Assembly: GCA_950097015.1 (NCBI GenBank)
Contig: CATNEN010000030.1
Span: 1,922,001 to 1,986,000, forward strand
Direction: 5' to 3'
Length of the DNA: 64,000 nucleotides
DNA from: Macrostomum hystrix
Lineage: Eukaryota > Animalia > Platyhelminthes
Made by a program: the position numbers and the translations under genes. Of this stretch, positions 49,253 to 60,991 are shown piece by piece. Position 1 is the stretch's first letter. Every line of letters begins with the position of its first letter. The notes below the pieces were generated by a model. The model was not told the origin of the DNA. It saw only the letters and a program-made list of their open reading frames with translations, and searched no databases.

Positions 49253-51400
49253 CCAAATCTACCAGCTGCATTATGACCAAATCTACCAGCTGTTATTATG
49301 ACCAAATCTACCAGCTGTTATTATGAACAAATCTACCAGCTGTTATTATGACCAAATCTAGCAGCTGTTATTATGACCAAATCTACCAGCTGTTATTATG
49401 ACCAAATCTACCAGCTGTTATTATGATCAAATCTACCAGCTGTTATTGTGACAAAATCTACCAGCTGTTATTATGACCAAATCTACCAGCTGTTATTATG
49501 ATCAAATCTACCAGCTGTTATTATGAACAAATCTAGCAGCTGTTATTATGACCAAATCTAGCAGCTGTTATTATGACCAAATCTAGCAGCTGTTATTATG
49601 ATCAAATCTACCAGCTGTTATTATGATCAAATCTACCAGCTATTATTATGATAAAATCTACCAGTTGTTATTATGACCAAATCTACCAGCTGCATTATGA
49701 CCAAATCTACCAGCTGCATTATGACCATATCTACCTGCTGTTATTATGACCATATCTACCAGCTGCATTATGACCAAATCTACCAGCTGCATTATGACCA
49801 AATCTACCAGCTGTTATTATGACCAAATCTACCAGCTGCATTATGACCAAATCTACCAGCTGTTATTATGATCAAATCTACCAGCTGCATTATGACCATA
49901 TCTACCAGCTGCATTATGACCAAATCTACCAGCTGCATTATGACCAAATCTACCAGCTGTTATTATGACCAAATCTACCAGCTGCATTATGACCAAATCT
50001 ACCAGCTGCATTATGACCATATCTACCTGCTGTTATTATGACCATATCTACCAGCTGCATTATGACCAAATCTACCAGCTGCATTATGACCAAATCTACC
50101 AGCTGTTATTATGACCAAATCTACCAGCTGCATTATGACCAAATCTACCAGCTGTTATTATGATCAAATCTACCAGCTGCATTATGACCATATCTACCAG
50201 CTGCATTATGACCAAATCTACCAGCTGCATTATGACCAAATCTACCAGCTGTTATTATGACCAAATCTACCAGCTGCATTATGACCAAATCTACCAGCTG
50301 TTATTATGACCAAATCTACCAGCTGCATTATGACCAAATCTACCAGCTGTTATTATGATCAAATCTACCAGCTGTTATTATGACCAAATCTACCAGCTGT
50401 TATTATGACCAAATCTACCAGCTGTTATTATGATAAAATCTACCAGCTGTTATTATGACCAAATCTAGCAGCTGTTATTATGACCAAATCTACCAGCTGT
50501 TATTATGATAAAATCTACCAGCTGTTATTATGACCAAATCTACCAGCTGTTATTATGACCAAATCTACCAGCTGTTATTATGATAAAATCTACCAGCTGT
50601 TATTATGACCAAATCTACCAGCTGTTATTATGACCAAATCTACCAGCTGTTATTATGACCAAATCTACCAGCTGTTATTATGACCAAATCTACCAGCTGT
50701 TATTATGACCAAATCTACCAGCTGTTATTATGACCAAATCTACCAGCTGTTATTATGACCAAATCTACCAGCTGTTTTTATGATCAAATCTACCAGCTGT
50801 TGTTATGACCAAATCTACCAGCTGTTATTATGACCAAATCTACCAGCTGTTATTATGACCAAATCTACCAGCTGTTATTATGACCAAATCTACCAGCTGT
50901 TATTATGACCAAATCTACCAGCTGTTATTATGACCAAATCTACCAGCTGTTATTATGACCAAATCTAGCTGCTGTTATTATGACCAAATCTACCAGCTGT
51001 TATTATGACCAAATCTACCAGCTGTTATTATGACCAAATCTACCAGCTGTTATTATGACCAAATCTACCAGCTGTTATTATGACCAAATCTACCAGCTGT
51101 TATTATGACCGAATCTACCAGCTGTTATTATGACTAAATCTACCAGCTGTTATTATGACTAAATCTACCAGCTGTTATTATGACCAAATCTACCAGCTGT
51201 TATTATGACCAAATCTACCAGCGGTTATTATGACCAAATCTACCAGCTGTTATTATGACCGAATCTACCAGCTGTTATTATGACCAAATCTACCAGCTGT
51301 TATTATGACTAAATCTACCAGCTGTTATTATGACCAAATCTACCAGCTGTTATTATGACCAAATCTACCAGCTGTTATTATGATCAAATCTACCAGCTGT
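49253..51400. repeat. 25-bp minisatellite, same family as 43449-45020, upstream of the GPCR ATG
   Basis: Same unit plus shorter ctgcattatg variants; duplicate at 57326-58960. Confidence 0.97.
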
Positions 51401-51924
51401 ACGAGTAATTATGACTATAGCTATTGAGTTTTATTTGTGTACAGGTGGATGAACACGCTCGCAACTATTTAAAACTAAATTTACCGATCGTGACTTTGAG
51501 GCGAGCATTTTTAGTTCTGCGAGGACGCCTAATGCCCCTCTTTTTAATTTTGTGTGAACTGAAACAAACGTTTGATCTTCCCGGCTATCACGCTTTCAGT
51601 CTTTGATCAATGCCGAAATCCACTCTGGTCATTGCCTAATTGCTTGTCGATGATAAAATTTGACTACTACAAATGAAAGACAACCTTTGATGAGTCCTCA
51701 GGTCGGTCTTGTCGAATGGTAAGTACATGTATTTACAGGGTTAATTAGCTATAAATTCACACTAATTATTATCATTAAATTGATAAGATCATCGATTTCT
51801 GACATCGATAACAACTTAATGTTTCAGATATCCATAACAAATCAGAAAATGTTTTTCTCGGAAGTTTTGCACTGAAAAAAACTTATTTTTCATGAGACCA
51901 AACTACTTTAGGTCCACTGATTTA

Positions 51925-52220
51925 GATCTGTAAGGTCTTGTCAATCTAGATCTGTCACTCTAAGTCTTGTCAATCTAGATCTGTCACTCTAAGTCTTGTC
52001 AATCTAGATCTGTCACTCTTGGTCCTTTCACTCTAGATCTGTCACTCTAGATCGGTCACTCTAGATCCTGTCACTCTAGATCCTGTCACTCTAGATCTTG
52101 TAACTCTAGATCCTGTCACTCTAGATCCTGTCACTCTAGATCCTGTCACTCTAGATCCTGTCACTCTAGATCTGTCACTCTAGATCTGTCACTCTAGATC
52201 TGTCACTCTAGATCGTTCAC
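51925..52220. repeat. 14/15-bp minisatellite (tctagatc(c)tgtcac)
   Basis: Tandem units; longer duplicate at 59485-59905. Confidence 0.95.
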
Positions 52221-53587
52221 TCGAGATTTGCCACTGGAGCTTGTAGATTACAAAATACTTGATTCGAATACAAAAAATAGATTAAAATGTTTATACGATT
52301 TTACATAAGCGTGCACGTGTAAATATTTTTATTTATTCTGCTCGCTAGCGCGAACTGAGTAGGTAACACTAAGAATTATTAATTTGTATTTGGAGCAGCA
52401 ATTTTCTACATGATTAAGAGCGGCCGAAATGAATGACTGATAAGCAAACTGGAGCATGAAAAACATGAATCTTGACATGACACATGAAACACGACAACTA
52501 CACGAAGTACTTCTATTGTTTTTAATTTAAAAAAACGAATAGCATGCAGTGAAACAAAGCAGGGCACAAATTATATGAACAGACAAAATAAAATTGTAAC
52601 AAGCTCAAATAGATATAATACCAAGCTGAAGCAGTCAAATTAAATATCAATGAGTGAAAAGTTACAGTAAGTTCTTGTCAGAACCGAGCAGTGTTGGGCA
52701 AACTGGTAGCATAATTTATTTAACGGATCCAATTTAAAACAAACCATTTTGCCCAACACTGCTGTTAAAAACTATATATTTGAAGCAATTCAAATTGAAT
52801 TATTGTTCAAATGTTTAAATAAGCAGACAAAACAGAGGATACAACACTGAAGCGCAACAGTGAACTTTTGTGAATAGAGTAAAACCAAACAAAAGGGATT
52901 AAAATCTACCGTTTACAAATGTTCTTAGTGGCAGTTAGTTTAACCATGCACGTAAAAAGTTTTAAGTTCGATATAACTTTTAGAATGCGAAAGAAAATTG
53001 ATTACTGGTAATCTATATTAATTTAAGTAGTTTAAGGGGCTATCTGTATTACTATACGTAGCCAAAAGACATTTGTGAAAAAAAATTAAGCTGAAAAAAA
53101 TCATTTTTTTGAAAGCTTGATTTTCAGTCTTGGTTAGTCGATTTTTTAGTCGAATCGCTGGAGGCAAAAGGGAAATATGATTTCTAAGAACCGCGCATTC
53201 TTTTATAGCGAGAGACAAGCAGGGGAGTTCGGCTGTTACTAAGGAACACTAGCGTTGCTAGGGGAATCTACCTGCTGTTATTATGACCATATCTAACAGT
53301 TTGTCTTGTATGACCAAATCTACCAGCTATTATTTTGACCAAATCTACCTGCTGTTATTATGACCAAATCTACTGCTGTTATTATGACCAAATCTACCTG
53401 CTGTTATTATGATCAAATCTACCAGCTGTTATTATGATCAAATGTACCAGCTGTTATTATGACCAAATCTACCAGCTGTTATTATGACCAAATCTACCAG
53501 CTGTTATTATGACCAAATCTACCAGCAGTAATGAACTGTACAGTCACGTTACAATTTCTTGACTTTAATAGAGTGACGTCAGCTTAC

Positions 53588-56500
53588 CAGTAGTGAAGTT
53601 AGGCTGTCGGTTGGGTCGTCGTGATAAATAGCTTTGCCAGCAATGCTGATGTTGTTAGCTTTAAGCTTCTGCTCCACTTCTAAGCAAAGCTGCGGATTCA
53701 GGAGTGAAGGCATTTTATCATATGTTTCCTATTTTTCCTGCTGCTTGTGGTCACAAAAATCGGGTTGCATTAGTTCACTCTAAGTGGTTCACTTTTTACA
53801 CTGTGAAACTATCGGGTGTCATGACAGACAGTGGGGTGTCATGACATGCAGTGGGGTGTTATCACAGACAGTGGGGTGTCATGACAGGCAGTGGGGTGTC
53901 ATCACAGGCAGTGGGGTGTCATCACAGGCAGTGGGATGTCATCACAGGCAGTGGGGTGTCATCACAGGCAGTGGGGTGTCATCACAGGCAGTGGGGTGTC
54001 ATCACAGGCAGTGGGGTGTCATCACAGGCAGTGGGGTGTCATGACAGGCAGTGGGGTGTCATCACAGGCAGTGGGGTGTCATCACAGGCAGTGGGGTGTC
54101 ATCACAGGCAGTGGGGTGTCATGACAGACAGTGGGGTGTCATCACAGACAGTGGGGTGTCATCACAGGCAGTGGGGTGTCATCACAGGCAGTGGGGTGTC
54201 ATGACAGACAGTGGGGTGTCATCACAGACAGAGGTGACTCACGGCATAGATGGAGTTGTAGTCCACTGTTAAGATTCCAATCTTGTCCCACCGGAATCTC
54301 TTAAGAATGCCCATCACAGCAGTGACGTAAATCTCGTCAGTCACACTCATCCGAAAATAGTACGGATACAGCGCCTTGTTGCTGAGGGTCGGCGTGAAGT
54401 CCAGAAAGCCCATCTAGATTTTGAGAAGTTGTTTGTCACATTTTTAATTTATTAGTCTTGCATAGTAGAATCGATAACTAGATAGATTATTTTAGACATC
54501 TTTTTCTGTCTTGCTACTAATTAAAAGACACCCGGCAAAGGCAACACCTGGACGCGACAGCAAAGCTATATTGACAGAATTTGGTCATCAAAATAAAACA
54601 AAAGCAACAAGGAAGCAATCGATTCTACGATCTGACACCTGAGATTCTAGAATAGATTGACATGGGAAGGTGAAGTCGCAGGTGTCATAGGCTCAAGGGA
54701 GCTGTAGATTACTGCTAATCGCTTTGCATTCCATGTGGCTGTTGAATGCCGCAGTCACATCAGTATTGTTTCATCCCTTTCGGTATTCTATGTCATGAAT
54801 CAGGTGGCTTAATTAGTCTACAGGTAGCTTAAGTCACTTGATTTGTCTATGGTCCAACTCCATGATCGTCGTCCGGGCTAAAGAAAATATTTCAAGATTG
54901 ACGTCGATGAGACAGAAAATGTTCAGTTGCTTTATTTTATTATCGGCTATCTGCGAAAAAAAGTAGATCAATTTCTGTATTTTTTTAATTATTGCTGATT
55001 TTAAGATTCGATATTAATGACAATCGAAAAGTGATTTGTAACTTGTGCGCAAGAAATAGTTTTTTTCGGAACTTAAAAACTTGTTTTGTGGTAAGAGCAG
55101 CGAACTCACGACTTCAAGGTCGGGGGTTCGATTCCCGAATCCACTAGAGCAATTTGTGCCAATTAGCAGGACACTTAACTCTGCAATGCTTCAATTCACT
55201 CAGCTGTTTAATAAGTGGCAGCAAGGAAGCTTGAAAATAATCGGTAAGGTCTTCTCAACGTTAACTACAGATTGTTTTGTGAAGCGCTATATTCCCTCCG
55301 TATAAAGATCTGCCCCAGGGTTGTCTTCGTCCCAAAAACCGCTTAATGTGACTTGACTAATGCGACCCCTTTTCGGCCCATCAGCTTGTCTTCCTTTTGT
55401 GCTAAGCTTATGGTACGACCCATTCTCTAGTGGCTTAGAGATTGCGACCTCCATACCGCCCCGATCAGCGAATTTCAGTTCCAGTCTTAACGCCCAACTG
55501 AAACTCCCCCTCACGGCTGCTTACCCCTATACCCCCTGCCTCAGCACCCTGCTGAAACTCCCTCTCACGGCTGCTTACCCCTTTACCCCCTGCCTCAACA
55601 CCCTGCTGAACCCCCCCATCACTGCTGCTAACCCCTCTACCCCCTGCCTCAACACCCTGCTGAAACTCCCTCTCACGGCTGCTTACCCCTTTACCCCCTG
55701 CCTCAACACCCTGCTGAAACTCCCTCTCACGGCTGCTAACCCCTCTACCCCCTGCCTCAACACCCTGCTGAAACTCCCTCTCACGGCTGCTTACCCCTCT
55801 ACCCCCTGCCTCAACACCCTGCTGAAACTCCCTCTCACGGCTGCTTACCCCTCTACCTTGGCTCACCTGGGGCAGGCTGTAGAACCTGCAGATCTGTGCG
55901 AGAGCCTCAGTCTCAGACGGATATGTGGAGCCAAACAGCAGCACGATGTTGTCGCTTTGAAAGAACCCGTCGATGAAATTTTTTATAGCCTGGCCTGAGT
56001 TCTCGCTCTGCGTTTGTTGTTTGATAATGTTTGCAATTTTGAAGATTGGGATTGGAAACTGTTGGGGTTGGAAAAATGGGGATTGAAAAATATTTGGTGG
56101 GAGGAGGAAGGTGGGAGTGTGAAAGTTGGGAGTGTGAAGGTGGGAGTGTGAAGGTAGGAGTGTGAAGGTGGGAGTATGAAAGGTGGGAGTGTCAAGGTGG
56201 GAGTGTGAAGGTGGGAGTATGAAAGGTGGGAGTGTGAAGGTGGGAGTGTGAAGGTGGGAGTGCGAAGGTGGGAGTGTGAAGGTGGGAGTGTGAAAGGCGG
56301 GAGTGTGAAAGTTGCGAGTGTGAAGGTGGGATTGTGAAGGTGGGGTGTGAAGGTGGGAGTATGAAAGGTGGGAGTGTGAAGGTGGGAGTGTGAAGGTGGG
56401 AGTGTGAAGGTCGGAGTGTGAAGGTGGGAGTGTGAAGGTGGGAGTGTGAAGGTGGGAGTGTGAAGGTGGGAGTGTGAAGGTGGGAGTGTGAAATGCGGGA

Positions 56501-57159
56501 GTGTGAAAGTTGGGAGTGTGAAGGTGGGAGTGTGAAGGTGGGAGTGTGAAGGTGGGAGTGTGAAGGTGGGGTGTGAAGGTGGGAGTATGAAAGGTGGGAG
56601 TGTGAAGGTGGGAGTGTGAAGGTGGGAGTGTGAAGGTCGGAGTGTGAAGGTGGGAGTGTGAAGGTAGGAGCGTGAAGGTGGGAGTGTGAAGGTGGGAGTG
56701 TGAAGGTGGGAGTGTGAAGGTCGGAGTGTGAAGGTGGGAGTGTGAAGGTAGGAGCGTGAAGGTGGGAGTGTGAAGGTGGGAGTGTGAAGGTAGGAGTGTG
56801 AAGGTGGGAGTATGAAAGGTGGGAGTGTGAAGGTGGGAGTGTGAAGGTGGGAGTGTGAAGGTGGGAGTATGAAAGGTGGGAGTGTGAAGGCGTCACCTCA
56901 CCCCGTTGGTTCCATGCCGGTGTAGCTGAATGCGGAAGCCGGGGAACAGATCGGTCCGGTTGTTGATGTAGTCGACACTGAACTGAAGCATCTGCTCATT
57001 GGGCAGGAATAGGTGAGCAGAGCAGATGGCAAGGGTGTGAACCACTGTGCGGTTGTCGTCCAGTGGAGCCAAGTCAAATTCCTCTGCGGCAGAAGCCACG
57101 TAGATGAAGTCAACCCCAAGACACAGGGACAATGCGACCAGAACAATCAGAGGCTGCAT
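53588..57159 (-). pseudogene. Partial duplicate of the GABA-B-like gene, exons 1-4 only (57159-56902, 56007-55867, 54413-54243, 53689-53588); status unknown
   Basis: Intact exons and splice sites; the two coding differences seen are synonymous (GCA/GCC in exon 1, CTT/CTG at the end of exon 4). No exon 5 follows within the copy. Confidence 0.85.
53815..54235. repeat. 20-bp minisatellite, duplicate copy (~21 units)
   Basis: Same unit as 45311-46070 but shorter. Confidence 0.96.
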
Positions 57160-57325
57160 TATGTGCAAGCGAGTGTGAGCACATGTGAGCACAACGGAAA
57201 ATTGAATTTTTGCATAGATTCGTTTTTAAAAGCACTGCTTAGATCTGATCAGAAACTGATTTGATTGGTTCTGAATTATGATTGGAGAAAATACAAGTGC
57301 GTTGCTTGCATCATGTCGAAATCAG

Positions 57326-58960
57326 TGTGACCAAATCTACCAGCTGCATTATGACCAAATCTACCAGCTGTATTATGACCAAATCTACCAGCTGTTATTA
57401 TGACCAAATCTACCAGCTGTTATTATGAACAAATCTACCAGCTGTTATTATGACCAAATCTAGCAGCTGTTATTATGACCAAATCTACCAGCTGTTATTA
57501 TGACCAAATCTACCAGCTGTTATTATGATCAAATCTACCAGCTGTTATTGTGACAAAATCTACCAGCTGTTATTATGACCAAATCTACCAGCTGTTATTA
57601 TGATCAAATCTACCAGCTGTTATTATGAACAAATCTAGCAGCTGTTATTATGACCAAATCTAGCAGCTGTTATTATGACCAAATCTAGCAGCTGTTATTA
57701 TGATCAAATCTACCAGCTGTTATTATGATCAAATCTACCAGCTATTATTATGATAAAATCTACCAGTTGTTATTATGACCAAATCTACCAGCTGCATTAT
57801 GACCAAATCTACCAGCTGCATTATGACCATATCTACCTGCTGTTATTATGACCATATCTACCAGCTGCATTATGACCAAATCTACCAGCTGCATTATGAC
57901 CAAATCTACCAGCTGTTATTATGACCAAATCTACCAGCTGCATTATGACCAAATCTACCAGCTGTTATTATGATCAAATCTACCAGCTGCATTATGACCA
58001 TATCTACCAGCTGCATTATGACCAAATCTACCAGCTGCATTATGACCAAATCTACCAGCTGTTATTATGACCAAATCTACCAGCTGCATTATGACCAAAT
58101 CTACCAGCTGTTATTATGATCAAATCTACCAGCTGTTATTATGACCAAATCTACCAGCTGTTATAATGACCAAATCTACCAGCTGTTATTATGATAAAAT
58201 CTACCAGCTGTTATTATGACCAAATCTAGCAGCTGTTATTATGACCAAATCTACCAGCTGTTATTATGATAAAATCTACCAGCTGTTATTATGACCAAAT
58301 CTACCAGCTGTTATTATGACCAAATCTACCAGCTGTTATTATGATAAAATCTACCAGCTGTTATTATGACCAAATCTACCAGCTGTTATTATGACCAAAT
58401 CTACCAGCTGTTATTATGACCAAATCTACCAGCTGTTATTATGACCAAATCTACCAGCTGTTATTATGACCAAATCTACCAGCTGTTATTATGACCAAAT
58501 CTGCCAGCTGTTATTATGACCAAATCTACCAGCTGTTATTATGACCAAATCTACCAGCTGTTATTATGACCAAATCTACCAGCTGTTATTATGACCAAAT
58601 CTACCAGCTGTTATTATGACCAAATCTACCAGCTGTTATTATGACCAAATCTACCAGCTGTTATTATGACCGAATCTACCAGCTGTTATTATGACTAAAT
58701 CTACCAGCTGTTATTATGACTAAATCTACCAGCTGTTATTATGACCAAATCTACCAGCTGTTATTATGACCAAATCTACCAGCTGTTATTATGACCAAAT
58801 CTACCAGCTGTTATTATGACCGAATCTACCAGCTGTTATTATGACCAAATCTACCAGCTGTTATTATGACTAAATCTACCAGCTGTTATTATGACCAAAT
58901 CTACCAGCTGTTATTATGACCAAATCTACCAGCTGTTATTATGATCAAATCTACCAGCTG
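57326..58960. repeat. 25-bp minisatellite, duplicate copy
   Basis: Same unit as 49253-51400, ~500 bp shorter. Confidence 0.96.
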
Positions 58961-60991
58961 TACGAGTAATTATGACTATAGCTATTGAGTTTTATTTGTG
59001 TACAGGTGGATGAACACGCTCGCAACTATTTAAAACTAAATTTACCGATCGTGACTTTGAGGCGAGCATTTTTAGTTCTGCGAGGACGCCTAATGCCCCT
59101 CTTTTTAATTTTGTGTGAACTGAAACAAACGTTTGATCTTCCCGGCTATCACGCTTTCAGTCTTTGATCAATGCCGAAATCCACTCTGGTCATTGCCTAA
59201 TTGCTTGTCGATGATAAAATTTGACTACTACAAATGAAAGACAACCTTTGATGAGTCCTCAGGTCGGTCTTGTCGAATGGTAAGTACATGTATTTACAGG
59301 GTTAATTAGCTATAAATTCACACTAATTATTATCATTAAATTGATAAGATCATCGATTTCTGACATCGATAACAACTTAATGTTTCAGATATCCATAACA
59401 AATCAGAAAATGTTTTTCTCGGAAGTTTTGCACTGAAAAAAACTTATTTTTCATGAGACCAAACTACTTTAGGTCCACTGATTTAGATCTGTAAGGTCTT
59501 GTCAATCTAGATCTGTCACTCTAAGTCTTGTCAATCTAGATCTGTCACTCTAAGTCTTGTCAATCTAGATCTGTCACTCTTGGTCCTTTCACTCTAGATC
59601 TGTCACTCTAGATCGGTCACTCTAGATCCTGTCACTCTAGATCCTGTCACTCTAGATCTTGTAACTCTAGATCCTGTCACTCTAGATCCTGTCACTCTAG
59701 ATCCTGTCACTCTAGATCCTGTCACTCTAGATCTGTCACTCTAGATCTGTCACTCTAGATCTGTCACTCTAGATCCTGTCACTCTAGATCCTGTCACTCT
59801 AGATCCTGTCACTCTAGATCTGTCACTCTAGATCTGTCACTCTAGATCTGTCACTCTAGATCTGTCACTCTAGATCTGTCACTCTAGATCTGTCACTCTA
59901 GATCGTTCACTCGAGATTTGCCACTGGAGCTTGTAGATTACAAAATACTTGATTCGAATACAAAAAATAGATTAAAATGTTTATACGATTTTACATAAGC
60001 GTGCACGTGTAAATATTTTTATTTATTCTGCTCGCTAGCGCGAACTGAGTAGGTAACACTAAGAATTATTAATTTGTATTTGGAGCAGCAATTTTCTACA
60101 TGATTAAGAGCGGCCGAAATGAATGACTGATAAGCAAACTGGAGCATGAAAAACATGAATCTTGACATGACACATGAAACACGACAACTACACGAAGTAC
60201 TTCTATTGTTTTTAATTTAAAAAAACGAATAGCATGCAGTGAAACAAAGCAGGGCACAAATTATATGAACAGACAAAATAAAATTGTAACAAGCTCAAAT
60301 AGATATAATACCAAGCTGAAGCAGTCAAATTAAATATCAATGAGTGAAAAGTTACAGTAAGTTCTTGTCAGAACCGAGCAGTGTTGGGCAAACTGGTAGC
60401 ATAATTTATTTAACGGATCCAATTTAAAACAAACCATTTTGCCCAACACTGCTGTTAAAAACTATATATTTGAAGCAATTCAAATTGAATTATTGTTCAA
60501 ATGTTTAAATAAGCAGACAAAACAGAGGATACAACACTGAAGCGCAACAGTGAACTTTTGTGAATAGAGTAAAACCAAACAAAAGGGATTAAAATCTACC
60601 GTTTACAAATGTTCTTAGTGGCAGTTAGTTTAACCATGCACGTAAAAAGTTTTAAGTTCGATATAACTTTTAGAATGCGAAAGAAAATTGATTACTGGTA
60701 ATCTATATTAATTTAAGTAGTTTAAGGGGCTATCTGTATTACTATACGTAGCCAAAAGACATTTGTGAAAAAAAATTAAGCTGAAAAAAATCATTTTTTT
60801 GAAAGCTTGATTTTCAGTCTTGGTTAGTCGATTTTTTAGTCGAATCGCTGGAGGCAAAAGGGAAATATGATTTCTAAGAACCGCGCATTCTTTTATAGCG
60901 AGAGACAAGCAGGGGAGTTCGGCTGTTACTAAGGAACACTAGCGTTGCTAGGGGAATGTTGCCGCAATGCGAGTTGTTGGCATGGGCAGCC

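Larger units (their letters stand above)
44762..60957. repeat. Tandem segmental duplication: copy 1 ~44762-53267, copy 2 53268-60957
   Basis: Near-identical unique sequence in both copies; junction ...ctaggggaat|ctacctgctg with aat microhomology; lengths differ through VNTR copy number. Confidence 0.95.

Noticed and set aside
52688-52765. Short inverted repeat cagtgttgggcaaa...tttgcccaacactg (duplicate near 60378)
   Set aside because: hAT-MITE-like ends but only ~75 bp and no target-site duplication.
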